Positions 25,648 to 35,728 are shown, numbered from the stretch's first letter. The stretch is DNA of 64,000 nt from Candidatus Methylomirabilota bacterium (GCA_036265915.1 DATAOC010000019.1:37006-101005); one strand, 5' to 3'. Notes: generated by a model not told the origin, from the letters alone. Numbers and translations are program-made.

Positions 25648-26010
25648 ATGCGATACATCTTGCTGATCTACCGGGACGAGCGCGCCGTCGCGAAGCTCTC
25701 CGATCAGGAGCGAGCGAAGATCTTCAAGCAGTACGGTGACTTCACCGAGAGCATCCGCGCCAGCGGCGCGTTCCAGGCCGGCGACCCGCTGCAGCCGGCC
25801 ACCACCGCCACCACCGTGCGGATGAAGAACGGCAAGACGGTCACGACCGACGGGCCGTTCGCCGAGACCAAGGAGCAGCTCGGCGGCTACTACATCGTCG
25901 AGGCCAAGACCCTCGACGAGGCAGTGTCGATGGCAGGACGCATCCCCGCGGTGGCGCTGGGCGGCTCGGTCGAGGTGCGGCCGATCATGGACATGCGAGC
26001 ACCCCGCTAA
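25648..26010 (+). CDS. YciI-family protein
   Basis: MRYILLIY...DGPFAETKEQLGGYYIVEAKTLDEA...VEVRPI is the canonical YciI/DGPF pattern. AAAGGAGG lies upstream. Confidence 0.88.
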   Translation: MRYILLIYRDERAVAKLSDQERAKIFKQYGDFTESIRASGAFQAGDPLQPATTATTVRMKNGKTVTTDGPFAETKEQLGGYYIVEAKTLDEAVSMAGRIPAVALGGSVEVRPIMDMRAPR

Positions 26011-26030
26011 CTGCGTCGTCCGCCAGGGCC

Positions 26031-26056
26031 GCCCGGTGGCGCAGTGACCACCGGGC
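26031..26056. terminator. Hairpin between convergent genes
   Basis: GCCCGGTGG, a CGCAGTGA loop, then CCACCGGGC form a 9-bp stem. It lies between the YciI stop and the hydrolase stop. Confidence 0.45.
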
Positions 26057-26086
26057 AGCCGGGCGGCGGAGGGCTCCCGCGTCGCG

Positions 26087-26908
26087 TCAGGTCTTGAGGA
26101 AGGCGAGAAGGTCCGAGTTCACCTGCTGCTTGTGGGTGCTCGTCAGCCCGTGGGGTGCGCCCGGGTAGATGTTCAGATGCGCCTTGGGCGCGATCTTCAC
26201 CGCGGCCCGGGCGGCGGCGCCGATCGGAACGATCTGATCGTCGTCACCGTGAATGAAGAGCGTCGGCACCGTCATCTTCCGCAGGTCGTCCGTCTGGTCG
26301 GTCTCCGAGAAGGCCTTGACGCAGTCGTAGACCGCCTTCAGCCCCGCCTGCATGCCCTGGCGCCAGAACGACGCGCGGAGGCCTTCGGACACGCTCGCAC
26401 CCGGACGATTCGCGCCATAGAACGGCCCGCTGAGATCCTTGAAGAACTGCGCACGATCGGCAAGCACCGAGGCGCGGATGCCGTCGAAGACGTCCAGCGG
26501 CAAGCCGGCAGGATTCGCGGGGGTTTTCAGCATCAGCGGAGGAATGGCGCCGATCAGCACAGCCTTCGCCACCCGCCGCGTGCCGTGGCGACCGATGTAG
26601 CGAGCGACCTCACCGCCGCCGGTGGAGTGGCCGACGTGGATGGCATCGTGCAGATCGAGTGCCTCCACCAGCGCCGCGAGGTCGTCGGCGTAGGTGTCGA
26701 GGTCGTTGCCGTTCCAGGGCTGCGCCGAGCGGCCGTGACCGCGCCGGTCGTGCGCGATGACGCGATACCCCCGCTCGCCGAGGAAGAGCATCTGATCCTC
26801 CCAGGCGTCGGCGCTGAGCGGCCATCCGTGACTGAAAACCACGGGCTGACCATGGCCCCAGTCCTTGTAGTAGATCTCCGTCCCGTCCTTGGTCGTGATT
26901 CGGGCCAT
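26087..26908 (-). CDS. Alpha/beta hydrolase (non-haem haloperoxidase / arylesterase-like)
   Basis: ATG 26908 is preceded by AAGGAG. The N-terminus [31 protein letters not shown] and nucleophile elbow GHSTGGG match. Near full-length resemblance to the perhydrolase family. Confidence 0.9.
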   Translation of the reverse strand: MARITTKDGTEIYYKDWGHGQPVVFSHGWPLSADAWEDQMLFLGERGYRVIAHDRRGHGRSAQPWNGNDLDTYADDLAALVEALDLHDAIHVGHSTGGGEVARYIGRHGTRRVAKAVLIGAIPPLMLKTPANPAGLPLDVFDGIRASVLADRAQFFKDLSGPFYGANRPGASVSEGLRASFWRQGMQAGLKAVYDCVKAFSETDQTDDLRKMTVPTLFIHGDDDQIVPIGAAARAAVKIAPKAHLNIYPGAPHGLTSTHKQQVNSDLLAFLKT

Positions 26909-27111
26909 GACATGCTCCTTGTCTGAGAGTCGGCCAACGGTCGCAGAGGCGAAGAGGTAAGCTGTCCTGTAGACGTCGCGACGCGACGGGGAGATTCGCG
27001 GGCCGTGATCGCAGTCACCGGCTCGCGATGGGCTCGCCGACGACGAGGGATCGTCATCGCCGGATCCGCGGGCGCTGCTCATGCCCCTCAGCGGGTGTAT
27101 CGTCAGGCGTC

Positions 27112-28775
27112 ATGGCCACCGTGTTCACCGATCGCACTCACCAGATGTTCCCGCGGCTCACCGACCCTCAGATCGAGCGTATCTCCACGATCGCTGAGCG
27201 GCGGCGCGTGCGGGCCGGCGAGACGCTGTTCGACATCGGCGAGCAGGACATGCGGCTCTTCGTGATCCTCGAGGGCAAGGTCGAGATCGTCCGGCCAGGT
27301 TCGGAGGGCGAGGACCGCATCATCGTGCACGGCCCTGGCGAGTTCACCGGGGAGATCAACATGCTGTCCGCGCGCCGGAGCCTCGTCCGCGGTCGGGTGC
27401 TCGAAGACGGCGCGGTGGCGGTGGTCGACCGCGAGCACCTGCGCATGATCGTGCAGCGCGACTTCCAGCTGAGCGAGATCCTCCTGCGAGCGTTCACATT
27501 CTGCGCCGTCTGGCGCTCATCGACCTCGGCGGCGGCGGGCTGATCCTGCTCGGCTCGCGTCACTCGGCGAACACGCTGCGCATCCGCGAGTTCTTGAGCC
27601 GCAACGGACAGCCGTTCACGTACCAGGAAGTCGAGAGCGACCCGGACGTGCAGGCGCTGCTCGATCGCTTCCACGTGCGCGTCGACGAGGTGCCGGTCGT
27701 CGTCTGCCCGACGGGTCAGGTGCTGAGGAATCCGAGTATCGAGCTGCTCGCGACCGGGCTCGGGCTCAGTCGGACCCTCGACGCGACGACGACGCGCGAC
27801 GTCGTCATCGTCGGCGCCGGGCCTGCCGGCCTCGCCGCCGCCGTCTATGCCGCTTCCGAGGGGCTCGACGTCCTCGTCCTCGAGGACACGGCCCCCGGCG
27901 GCCAGGCGGGCTCGAGCTCACGGATCGAGAATTACCTGGGATTTCCGACGGGGATCTCGGGCCAGGAGCTGGCGGGCCGGGCGCTCACCCAGGCCGAGCG
28001 CTTCGGCGCCGAGGTGGCGATCGCGCGGCATGCGGTCGAGCTCGACTGCACTTCGCGCCCGTACGCGATTCGACTTGCGAGCGGGGAGATCGTGCACGCG
28101 AGAACCATCGTCATCGCGAGCGGCGCGCGCTATCGCAAGCCCGATCTTCCCCAGCTGCGCCGGTTCGAAGGCGCCGGTGTCATGTACAGCGCCACGCACG
28201 TCGAGGCGCAGCTGTGCAAGGACGAAGAGGTCGCCGTGGTCGGCGGCGGTAACTCCGCCGGGCAGGCGGCGGTGTTCCTGGCCCAGAGCTGCGCGCGGGT
28301 CAACGTGCTCGTGCGGGGTCGCGGCCTCGCCGAGACGATGTCGCGCTACCTGATCCAGCGGCTCGAGGACAGCGCCAACGTGGTGATGCGCGTGCGCACG
28401 GAGATCGACCTGCTGGAGGGCAATGACGGACTGGAGCAGGTGCGGTGGCGCAATATCGACACGGGCGTCACCGAGAAGCGGCCGATCCGCCACGTCTTCC
28501 TGATGACCGGCGCCGACCCGAATACGGCGTGGCTGAACGGGTGCGTGAGGCTCGACGACAAGGGGTTCGTGAAGACGGGCGCCGACCTGACCCAGCGTGA
28601 TCTCGACGCGGCGACGTGGACGCTCGCGCGCCGGCCGGAGCTGCTCGAGACGAGCCGACCGGGGGTGTTCGCGGTGGGCGACGTGAGGTCCGGAAGCGTG
28701 AAGCGCGTGGCGTCGGCGGTGGGCGAAGGCTCCGTGTGCGTGCAGCTGATCCACCGGGCGCTGCGCGATGTGTGA
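27112..28775 (+). pseudogene. cNMP-binding-domain thioredoxin-reductase-like flavoprotein, interrupted by a -1/+2 frameshift near 27496-27500
   Basis: Frame 1 (27112-27543) encodes the cNMP-binding domain up to SEILLRAFT and then reads nonsense. Frame 0 continues seamlessly from 27498 as ILRRLALIDLGGGGLILLGSRHSANTLRIREFLSRNGQPFTY, into the TrxR part (VVIVGAGPAGLAAAVYAASEGL, GGGNSAGQAA). Inserting one nucleotide restores a single ORF of about 555 aa. Confidence 0.7.
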
Positions 28776-28785
28776 GCGGTAGCGG

Positions 28786-29052
28786 CTAGGAGAACCGAGC
28801 GCGTGCGCGCGCCGAGGCCTTTCGCGCCTCTTCCTCCCGGCTGCGCGGCGGCGCACTCGTCTTCAGCGAGCGGATGAGGCGCTGTGCCGCCCGCGTCACC
28901 TCCTCGAGGGCGTGATTGAACGCCGCCTCGTTTGCCCGCGACGGCGCGTTGGAGCCGCTGAGCTTGCGCACGAACTGCAGCGCCGACGCGCGGATCTCCT
29001 CATCGGTCGCCGGTGGGTCGAAATTCGCCAGGGTCTTGATGTTCCGGCACAT
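28786..29052 (-). CDS. DUF2277 domain protein
   Basis: MCRNIKTLANFDPPATDEEIRASALQFVRKLSG is the hallmark N-terminus of DUF2277. Confidence 0.85.
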   Translation of the reverse strand: MCRNIKTLANFDPPATDEEIRASALQFVRKLSGSNAPSRANEAAFNHALEEVTRAAQRLIRSLKTSAPPRSREEEARKASARARARFS

Positions 29053-29148
29053 CGCGCAGCCTCCTTGTCGCCTCCATTGTAAGCGCGGTTCGCGCGCCGG
29101 ATTTCACGATGCGCCGTACCCGGTGTCCTAGTCGGCGAGGAGACGCCA

Positions 29149-29541
29149 ATGGCATCGATCCGAAGAGAGATACTGATCGGCGCGAGCGTCACCGACGTCT
29201 GGGACGCGATCCGCGACGTCGGCGCGCTGCCGCGCCTGGTGCCCGGCTTCGTCGTGGCTGCGCGCCTGGAAGAGGGCGCCAGAGTGGTGACCTTTGCCAA
29301 CGGTCTGGTGGCGCGGGAGTTGATCGTCGACGTGGACGATGCCGGTCGCCGGCTCGTATGGGCCGTGGTCGGCTCGCCGCGGCTGACGCATCACAACGCA
29401 TCCGTGCAGGTGCTCGCGGACGATGAGCGTCGCAGCCGCGTGGTCTGGATCGCGGATCTTCTGCCCCACGAGATGGCCGCCGCCATCGCCGGGATGATGG
29501 AGCAGGGCCTGGGCGCGATGAAGAAAGCGCTGGAGCGCTGA
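29149..29541 (+). CDS. SRPBCC (START/polyketide cyclase-like) family protein
   Basis: The 130-aa product has the pattern VWDAIRDVGALPRLVPG...LVWAVVGSPRLTHHNASVQV, typical of SRPBCC ligand-binding proteins. Confidence 0.75.
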   Translation: MASIRREILIGASVTDVWDAIRDVGALPRLVPGFVVAARLEEGARVVTFANGLVARELIVDVDDAGRRLVWAVVGSPRLTHHNASVQVLADDERRSRVVWIADLLPHEMAAAIAGMMEQGLGAMKKALER

Positions 29542-29550
29542 CGGACGTCT

Positions 29551-30555
29551 ATGCGCGCGATGGTGCTCGAGACACCCGGCCGCGCCCTCCGCCCCGTGGA
29601 CGTGCCGCGGCCGGTGCCGCGCGAGGGGGAGATCCTGCTCCGTGTCGCCGCGTGCGGCGTCTGCCGTACCGATCTGCACATCCTCGACGGCGATCTGCGC
29701 GATCCGGTGTTGCCCCTGGTGCTGGGGCACGAGGTTGTCGGCCGCGTCGAGGCGCTCGGATCCGGCGACTCTTCGCTGGCGATCGGTGCCCGGGTCGGCG
29801 TGCCGTGGCTCGGATGGACGTGCGGGACGTGCCCGTACTGCCGTGCCGGCGCCGAGAACCTGTGCCCTCGCGCGACGTTCACCGGATACACGCGGAACGG
29901 TGGCTACGCGGAGTACGCGGTAGCCGACGCGCGCTTTTGCTTTCCGCTTCCGAGCGCGTACGACGACGTGAGAGCCGCCCCGCTGCTGTGCGCGGGACTC
30001 ATCGGGTATCGCGCGTACCGGCTTGCCGTCGAGCGTCCATTCGGCGGCGACGTCGCGCGGCTCGGACTCTACGGCTTCGGCGCCGCCGCGCATCTGCTGG
30101 CGCAAGTGGCGGTCGCCGACGGCCGGGCGGTCTATGCGTTCACGCGCCCGGGTGATCACGAGGCGCAGGCGCACGCGCGGGTGCTCGGCGCCACGTGGGC
30201 CGGTGGCTCCGATGAATCGGCGCCGGCGCCGCTCGACGCGGCACTGCTCTTCGCGCCGGTCGGCGCGCTCGTGCCTGCGGCGCTTGGTGCGGTGCGACCG
30301 GGCGGCGTGGTCGTGTGCGCGGGTATCCACATGAGCGACATCCCGGCCTTTCCCTACGCGCTGCTGTGGCAGGAGCGCGTGGTCCGGTCGGTCGCGAACC
30401 TGACCCGGGCGGACGGCGAGGCGTTTCTCGCCCGGAGCGCGCTCGTGCCGCTGCACGTCGATACGTCTCGTTATACCCTCGGGGACGCGAATACCGCGCT
30501 GGCCGACCTGCGTGGCGGTCGTCTGCGCGGCGCGGCGGTCGTCGTCCCGGGCTAG
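29551..30555 (+). CDS. Zinc-dependent alcohol dehydrogenase family protein
   Basis: It carries the zinc-ligand contexts GVCRTDLH, GHEVVGRV and CGTCPYCRAGAENLC. Confidence 0.9.
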   Translation: MRAMVLETPGRALRPVDVPRPVPREGEILLRVAACGVCRTDLHILDGDLRDPVLPLVLGHEVVGRVEALGSGDSSLAIGARVGVPWLGWTCGTCPYCRAGAENLCPRATFTGYTRNGGYAEYAVADARFCFPLPSAYDDVRAAPLLCAGLIGYRAYRLAVERPFGGDVARLGLYGFGAAAHLLAQVAVADGRAVYAFTRPGDHEAQAHARVLGATWAGGSDESAPAPLDAALLFAPVGALVPAALGAVRPGGVVVCAGIHMSDIPAFPYALLWQERVVRSVANLTRADGEAFLARSALVPLHVDTSRYTLGDANTALADLRGGRLRGAAVVVPG

Positions 30556-30624
30556 CGACCACAGGAGCACGCCGCCGGTCGGGACGAAAGTGGCGTATCG
30601 TTCTGGTCGACGGAGGGTCACAAC

Positions 30625-31059
30625 ATGAGCCGCCCCATCCTGCATGCCACGGATTTCTCGCCGGCATCCCGAGCTGCATTCGCGAAGGCGGTGCAGCTGG
30701 CGAAGCGCGAGCGTGCGCCGCTGACGATCGCCCACGTGATGGCCCCGCCCGTGCTGATGCTCGGCGACGGCTACGTGTCGCCGACGACGTGGGAGGAGAT
30801 CGACCGCGCCCAGCGCGCGACGTCGAAGAAGAAGCTCGACGCACTCGTGGCGCGCGCCCGCGCCGCCGGCGTCCGCGTGCGCGGCCTGCTGCTCGAGGGC
30901 CAGCCGGCGGAGCAGATCCTGAGAGCCGCCCGCGGCGCCGGGCTCGTCGTCATCGGGACGCACGGACGGACGGGCCTCGCGCGCTTCATCCTCGGCTCCG
31001 TGGCCTCGCGCGTCGTCGCGGGTGCGCGGTCTCCGGTTCTCACCGTGCGCGGCAAGTAA
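30625..31059 (+). CDS. Universal stress protein (UspA family)
   Basis: ILHATDFSPAS...VVIGTHGRTGLARFILGSVASRVV is the canonical Usp ATP-binding motif G-2x-G-9x-G(S/T). Confidence 0.9.
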   Translation: MSRPILHATDFSPASRAAFAKAVQLAKRERAPLTIAHVMAPPVLMLGDGYVSPTTWEEIDRAQRATSKKKLDALVARARAAGVRVRGLLLEGQPAEQILRAARGAGLVVIGTHGRTGLARFILGSVASRVVAGARSPVLTVRGK

Positions 31060-31075
31060 GCTCGCGGAGACGCCC

Positions 31076-32344
31076 ATGCGAGGCGATTTCCGGCGCGCGC
31101 AGTGCGCACTCACGGTGGCGGCACTCGCGCTCCTGGCGGCGGCGATTCCCTGGTCGGCGGCGCCGCGCGCGCAGGACGCCCGGCCCGCGGTCAGCCGCAG
31201 CGGCGTGCTCGGCGGGGCGGAGTACCTCATCGAGGCCCCGGCGGAATGGGCGGGCGGCCTCGTTGTCTTCGCGCACGGCATCCAGCGAGGGCCGGGCTCG
31301 GGCACCGTGGTGGCGCCGCCGATCGCCAATCAGATTCTCGCTCGGGGTCACGCCTGGATCGCGTCCGGGTACCGTGAGCGCGAGTACCAGCCGCATCTGT
31401 TCATCGACGATCTCCTGGCCCTGCGCGAGCTGTTCGTGAAGGAGGTTGGGCGGCCGCGGTGGGCGATCATTTACGGCCGCTCCATGGGCGGCCACATCGT
31501 CGTGGCCTCGCTCGAGCAGCACCCGGGCCTCTATCAGGGCGGTCTCGCCGAGTGCGGGCTGGTCGACGGGATCGGCGTCGCCGATTACCTCATGGCGTAC
31601 ACCGCGGCGGCCGAGCTCATCGCCGGCGTGCCGCTGCTCGACGCGCCGGACCGGCAGGCGTTCGCGCGGATCCTGAACGAGCGCGTGGTGCCCGCGCTCG
31701 GCAGGCCGGGATCCTACACGGACCGGGGACGCCAGTTCGACAGCGTGATGAAGTACCTGATGGGCGGCGACGATGCCGGCAACGACCTGCCGATGCGGCT
31801 GCAGGGCCTCGACCAGCGCTACCTCATGAACATGACGTATCGCGATCCCGACGTGGAGAGAGAGCCGGCGCCGGGCGCTCGTGCGGCAAGCACGGCGCAT
31901 GTGCGGTATCGCATCGATCCGGGGCTCGGTCTCACCGAGTCGGAGCTCAACGCGCGCGTCCGGCGCCTGCATCCGGCGAAGGATGCGCGCTCCCCGGCGC
32001 TCAATCCCGTTTACGCCGAGCCCACCGGCCGGCTCACCGCACCGCTGCTGACACTGCACGAGACGGGCGACGCCTGGGTCCCGCTGAGCCAGGAGCAGTC
32101 GTACCGGCGGCGCACGCTGGCGGCAGGGACGGCGCACCTGCTCGTGCAGCGCGCGGTGCGCGCGCCGAGCCACTGCGGCGCCGACACCGAGACGCGCATG
32201 CGCGCATTCGACGATCTCGTCGCGTGGATGGAGCGTGGCGTGCGTCCCGACGGCGAGGATCTGCTCGCACGCGATCTGTCGCGGGTGGGACTGAAATGGA
32301 CATCGATCCTGTACCCCGAGGACCCGTTCTTCGCTCGGCGCTGA
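31076..32344 (+). CDS. Secreted alpha/beta-hydrolase-fold protein (uncharacterised subfamily)
   Basis: ATG 31076 begins a signal peptide (ALTVAALALLAAAIPWSAAPRAQ). The nucleophile elbow is GRSMGG. I recognise no specific family. Confidence 0.65.
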   Translation: MRGDFRRAQCALTVAALALLAAAIPWSAAPRAQDARPAVSRSGVLGGAEYLIEAPAEWAGGLVVFAHGIQRGPGSGTVVAPPIANQILARGHAWIASGYREREYQPHLFIDDLLALRELFVKEVGRPRWAIIYGRSMGGHIVVASLEQHPGLYQGGLAECGLVDGIGVADYLMAYTAAAELIAGVPLLDAPDRQAFARILNERVVPALGRPGSYTDRGRQFDSVMKYLMGGDDAGNDLPMRLQGLDQRYLMNMTYRDPDVEREPAPGARAASTAHVRYRIDPGLGLTESELNARVRRLHPAKDARSPALNPVYAEPTGRLTAPLLTLHETGDAWVPLSQEQSYRRRTLAAGTAHLLVQRAVRAPSHCGADTETRMRAFDDLVAWMERGVRPDGEDLLARDLSRVGLKWTSILYPEDPFFARR

Positions 32345-32361
32345 GCGGCGTGGAGGCGATC

Positions 32362-33480
32362 ATGGACTGCTGCGGCTGGGTCGACACGCGTCGGAAGTGG
32401 CTGTCGAGCACGCTGATTGCGTCCGCCGGCGCACTGCTCGCCGGCTGTGCCGGGCGCCGGGGGGACGACGTCGCCGCCGCCACCACCGAGGCGCCGTCGG
32501 CGGCGGCGCGCGCCATCCTGCGCGACCACGTCTCCGTCGACGTTCACAGCCACGCGGGCGCGACCGGCATCACGTCGCGCGGCACGCCACCGAACGACGA
32601 CCTGGCGCGCGGCATGCGCGCGGGCGGGATGGCGTGCGTCTGTCTGGCCGACGTGCCCGACGCGCCGCTGCTGGGTCGGCGGCCGGACGGTGTGCTGGCC
32701 GCTCTCCGCGACGCCGCGCCGGGCGAGCTCTATCGCTACCATCTCGACCGGCTGGCCTGGATCGATGACATGGTCGCCACGCACGGGCTGCGGCGCGCGC
32801 TGACCGCGGCCGATCTGAAGGCCGCGCACGCGGCCGGCCAGCCGGCCATCGTGGCCGACATCGAGGGCCTGGACTTCCTCGAGCACAAGCTGGAGCGGCT
32901 GGAGGAGTCCTACCAGCGCGGCGTGCGGCACATGCAGCTGGTGCACTACACGCCGAACGACATCGGCGACTTCCAGACGGGCGCGGTCACGCACAACGGG
33001 CTGACGCCGTTCGGGACCGACGTCATCCGCGCGTGCAACCGGCTTGGCATCGTCTGCGACGTCGCGCACGCGACGGAGTCGACGGTCAAGCAGGCGGCCA
33101 AGGTCACGGCCAAGCCGCTGCTGCTGTCGCACACCGCCCTGCAGGGCTCGAAGGCCCAGGGAGCCACGCCGCTCGGACCGCGGCAGGTCAGCCGGGATCA
33201 CGCGCACGCCGTCGCCGACACGGGCGGCTCCATCGGCGTGTGGCACTTCTTTCCCACGCTCGAGCGCTACGTGGACGGGCTGAAGGAGATGGTCGACGTC
33301 GTGGGTGCGGATCACGTCAGCATCGGCACCGACCAGCAGACCACGCCCGGCAGCCTTCAAGATTATGCGCAGCTCGGCCGGCTCGTGGACGCGATGCTGC
33401 GCGGCGGGTTCACGGCGGCCGAGGCGGGCCAGGTGCTCGGCGGCAACTACCTGCGGATCCTCGCTGCGTCCGGCGGCTGA
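32362..33480 (+). CDS. Membrane dipeptidase (peptidase M19 family) with Tat/lipoprotein-type N-terminus
   Basis: ATG 32362 is preceded by TGGAGG. The N-terminus has TRRKWLSSTLIASAGALLAGC. The core GVRHMQLVHYTPNDIGD...NRLGIVCDVAHATE...LLLSHTAL resembles the M19 family. The 673-aa track ORF is over-extended. Confidence 0.8.
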   Translation: MDCCGWVDTRRKWLSSTLIASAGALLAGCAGRRGDDVAAATTEAPSAAARAILRDHVSVDVHSHAGATGITSRGTPPNDDLARGMRAGGMACVCLADVPDAPLLGRRPDGVLAALRDAAPGELYRYHLDRLAWIDDMVATHGLRRALTAADLKAAHAAGQPAIVADIEGLDFLEHKLERLEESYQRGVRHMQLVHYTPNDIGDFQTGAVTHNGLTPFGTDVIRACNRLGIVCDVAHATESTVKQAAKVTAKPLLLSHTALQGSKAQGATPLGPRQVSRDHAHAVADTGGSIGVWHFFPTLERYVDGLKEMVDVVGADHVSIGTDQQTTPGSLQDYAQLGRLVDAMLRGGFTAAEAGQVLGGNYLRILAASGG

Positions 33481-33499
33481 GACGCGTCGGCGAGCGGCC

Positions 33500-34318
33500 T
33501 TACTGGCGGCGGAACTCTACCCGACGGTTCAGCGCACTCCCCGGACCGGTGTTCGGCGCGACCGGACTGGATGCGCCGAACGCGATCGCCGCCAGCCGCG
33601 CGGCGTCGACGCCAGCACGCTGCAAGTACGATTTGACGGCCTGCGCCCGGCGCTCGGACAACGCGCGATTGTACTCGGGCGTGCCGTGCGCATCCGTGTG
33701 ACCTTCGATCCTCAGGCGCCACTGCGGGTCGGCCTTCATCGCCGCCGCGATGCTGTCGAGCGTGGGCTTCGACCGTCCCTCGATCTCGTCGGAACCGAAT
33801 TCGAACGCGATGGGCGGCCACGGCGGCAAACCTTCGCCGGCGCGCTCGCGTGACTTGGCGAGCTCGGGCTGCGGCAATCCGCTCGAGGCGGGCGTGAACG
33901 CGGTACCGGCCGCTTCGATCGGCGGTGCCGGCCGCGGCGGCTCGATCACCGCACTCGGCACCGGAGCCGCGGCCGACGCCAGGGCCGCGTCGCCGTGGTC
34001 GCCGACCTCGATACGCGGCGCGACCCCGTACGTCGCGACGTCGCGCGCCGGGGGCTGCCTGGCCGTGGCCGGGGCCCGCTTCGCAGAGCCGAGGTACGCG
34101 AGCCGGGCGATACCGCCGGCCAATGCCGCGCCGATCATCGCGGCGACCACGATGAGTGACGTGCCCGATCGTGCGGCGCGGCGGGGGCTCTCGCGCGGTG
34201 CCGGTGTGCTCGACGTGGGCCCGGCGCCGGGAATGCCGATCTCGTCTGCATACAATTGCCAGAGGCGCTCGACCGGCTCATCACCGTCGCGCTCCGTGCT
34301 GCGTCGTGGCACGCTCAT
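33500..34318 (-). CDS. OmpA/MotB C-terminal-domain protein, single-TM anchored
   Basis: The C-terminus FEFGSDEI...LRIEGHTDAHGTPEYNRALSERRAQAVKSYL...NRRVEF is the peptidoglycan-binding OmpA_C domain. A TM segment (SLIVVAAMIGAALAGGIA) is present. Confidence 0.88.
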   Translation of the reverse strand: MSVPRRSTERDGDEPVERLWQLYADEIGIPGAGPTSSTPAPRESPRRAARSGTSLIVVAAMIGAALAGGIARLAYLGSAKRAPATARQPPARDVATYGVAPRIEVGDHGDAALASAAAPVPSAVIEPPRPAPPIEAAGTAFTPASSGLPQPELAKSRERAGEGLPPWPPIAFEFGSDEIEGRSKPTLDSIAAAMKADPQWRLRIEGHTDAHGTPEYNRALSERRAQAVKSYLQRAGVDAARLAAIAFGASSPVAPNTGPGSALNRRVEFRRQ

Positions 34319-34568
34319 ATGGGGTCTCGCTGGCGCTCCAAATTGATGGACAGAACGCTACGGTGTTCCCGTTCGCGCGGCAATCTACCTCTCGATGTGT
34401 CCGGCCGTAGATCGCTCGATATGCCGCCCGCCCGCTTACCGTCTGTATGGCGGCGCCGACCGCTGGCGACGGCGGCGGTCGCTCGATGTATCGCCAGGCA
34501 CTTGCTGCGAGCGGTGTGGAAGGTCAGAATGCCGTCGAACGAACACGGGGCACGGAACAGGTGTCGTC

Positions 34569-34769
34569 ATGTCTGCAAATCTGCGCGGTGAGTCTCAGCA
34601 GCCAGACGCCGGAGACGGCATGCCCTGCAGCGCCTGCGGAAAACCCATCGAATCGTGCGACGAGCTATGGACGGTCGTGGTCCGGGGGCTCGTTCATGGT
34701 TTTCATCGGGACTGCTATGCCGCCTGGCTCGATGGCGGTCGATACCGGCGGCGTCCGCTCGCTGTCTGA
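34569..34769 (+). CDS. Possible small Cys/His zinc-ribbon-like protein (uncertain)
   Basis: The product contains MPCSACGKPIESCDELWTVVVRGLVHGFHRDCYAAW, with a C-x2-C...H-x2-C spacing. An alternative start at ATG 34620 has a GGAGA motif 5 nt upstream. GC3 is only about two-thirds, below neighbouring genes. This is the only protein-like reading of a 500-bp gap. Confidence 0.3.
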   Translation: MSANLRGESQQPDAGDGMPCSACGKPIESCDELWTVVVRGLVHGFHRDCYAAWLDGGRYRRRPLAV

Positions 34770-34816
34770 GGCGCCGGACCGGCAGGCGTGGGCCGACGGC
34801 CGCTCGCGCGGAGCGA

Positions 34817-35728
34817 TCAACGGCCGGTGAGCGAGGCGACGATGCGCCAGGATCCCGGCGCAAGCGCGATCATCACGTCAGCCCCCAGGCGCGCCCAGTT
34901 GAGATCTCGTCCGCACCAGAGCACGAGGGCGGTGATGCACCGGCCCTGCTCGTGCCGCGAGAGTGCAGACCGGCGCACGAGCCGCAGGTATTCCGTCAGG
35001 ATGCGCCAGTGCGGAAAAATCCGGCGGCCCGCCTGAGTGGGATCCCACCAGGCGAGACGCAGATGGTGGGCCGGGAACGCCCGGAGCGATCGAGCAGGGT
35101 GATCGCGGTTGAAGCAGAGAAACTCCGGCACGATTTGCAGCGGGCCGAGCAAGCCGACGTGGGCTCGCAGGACGCGGTCGGAGCCGACATAGGGGGCGAG
35201 CAGGTTCGTGCGACGCAAGACGGACAGGCGGAACACCGCGAACATCTCCAGGCAAAAGCGATCCTCGTGGAGCAGATCGACGAAGCGACCGACGCGGTCC
35301 GGCGAACTCGCATAGCCGGTTCGATAGACGTAATCCCGAAGCCAGCCGCCGTTGGCATCCAGTACACGGATGTTGGTATGGCAGCCGGCGAGATGGGGGC
35401 ATGCGTCCAGCGCCGCCACACACCGATCGAGGTACTCAGGGGCCAGCATGTCGTCGTGGGCGAGCCACTTGAAGTAGACGCCGGTGGCCGCGGCTGCCGT
35501 TGCATTGAAATTCCGGTAGGCCCCCACATTCCGCTCGTTGCGCAGGTAGCGCACACGCGGATCCCGCGCCGCGTAGAGGCGGCAGAGGCGGTCGGTGGCG
35601 TCGGTCGAGGCGTTGTCGCTCAGGATCAACTCGAAATCGCCGAAGGTCTGGCCGAGCACCGAGTCGACGGCGTCGCAGAGATACTGCTCGCCGTTGAAGA
35701 CGGGGAGGCCGATGCTGACTTTAGGCAG
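34817..35728 (-). CDS. Family 2 glycosyltransferase (probable CTG-initiated or start-codon-mutated)
   Basis: The GT2 core is present (ELILSDNASTDATD, AHDD). The conserved N-terminal strand PKVSIGLPVFNGEQYLCDAVDS lies upstream of the first canonical start (GTG 35659). It is bounded by an in-frame TGA at 35735-35737. Only CTG 35728, with GGTGAG 5 nt upstream, can initiate there. Confidence 0.75.
   Translation of the reverse strand: MPKVSIGLPVFNGEQYLCDAVDSVLGQTFGDFELILSDNASTDATDRLCRLYAARDPRVRYLRNERNVGAYRNFNATAAAATGVYFKWLAHDDMLAPEYLDRCVAALDACPHLAGCHTNIRVLDANGGWLRDYVYRTGYASSPDRVGRFVDLLHEDRFCLEMFAVFRLSVLRRTNLLAPYVGSDRVLRAHVGLLGPLQIVPEFLCFNRDHPARSLRAFPAHHLRLAWWDPTQAGRRIFPHWRILTEYLRLVRRSALSRHEQGRCITALVLWCGRDLNWARLGADVMIALAPGSWRIVASLTGR

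Noticed and set aside
29128-31329. 733-aa minus-strand ORF
   Set aside because: It is antisense to the SRPBCC, Zn-ADH, Usp and hydrolase genes, so it is a shadow ORF.
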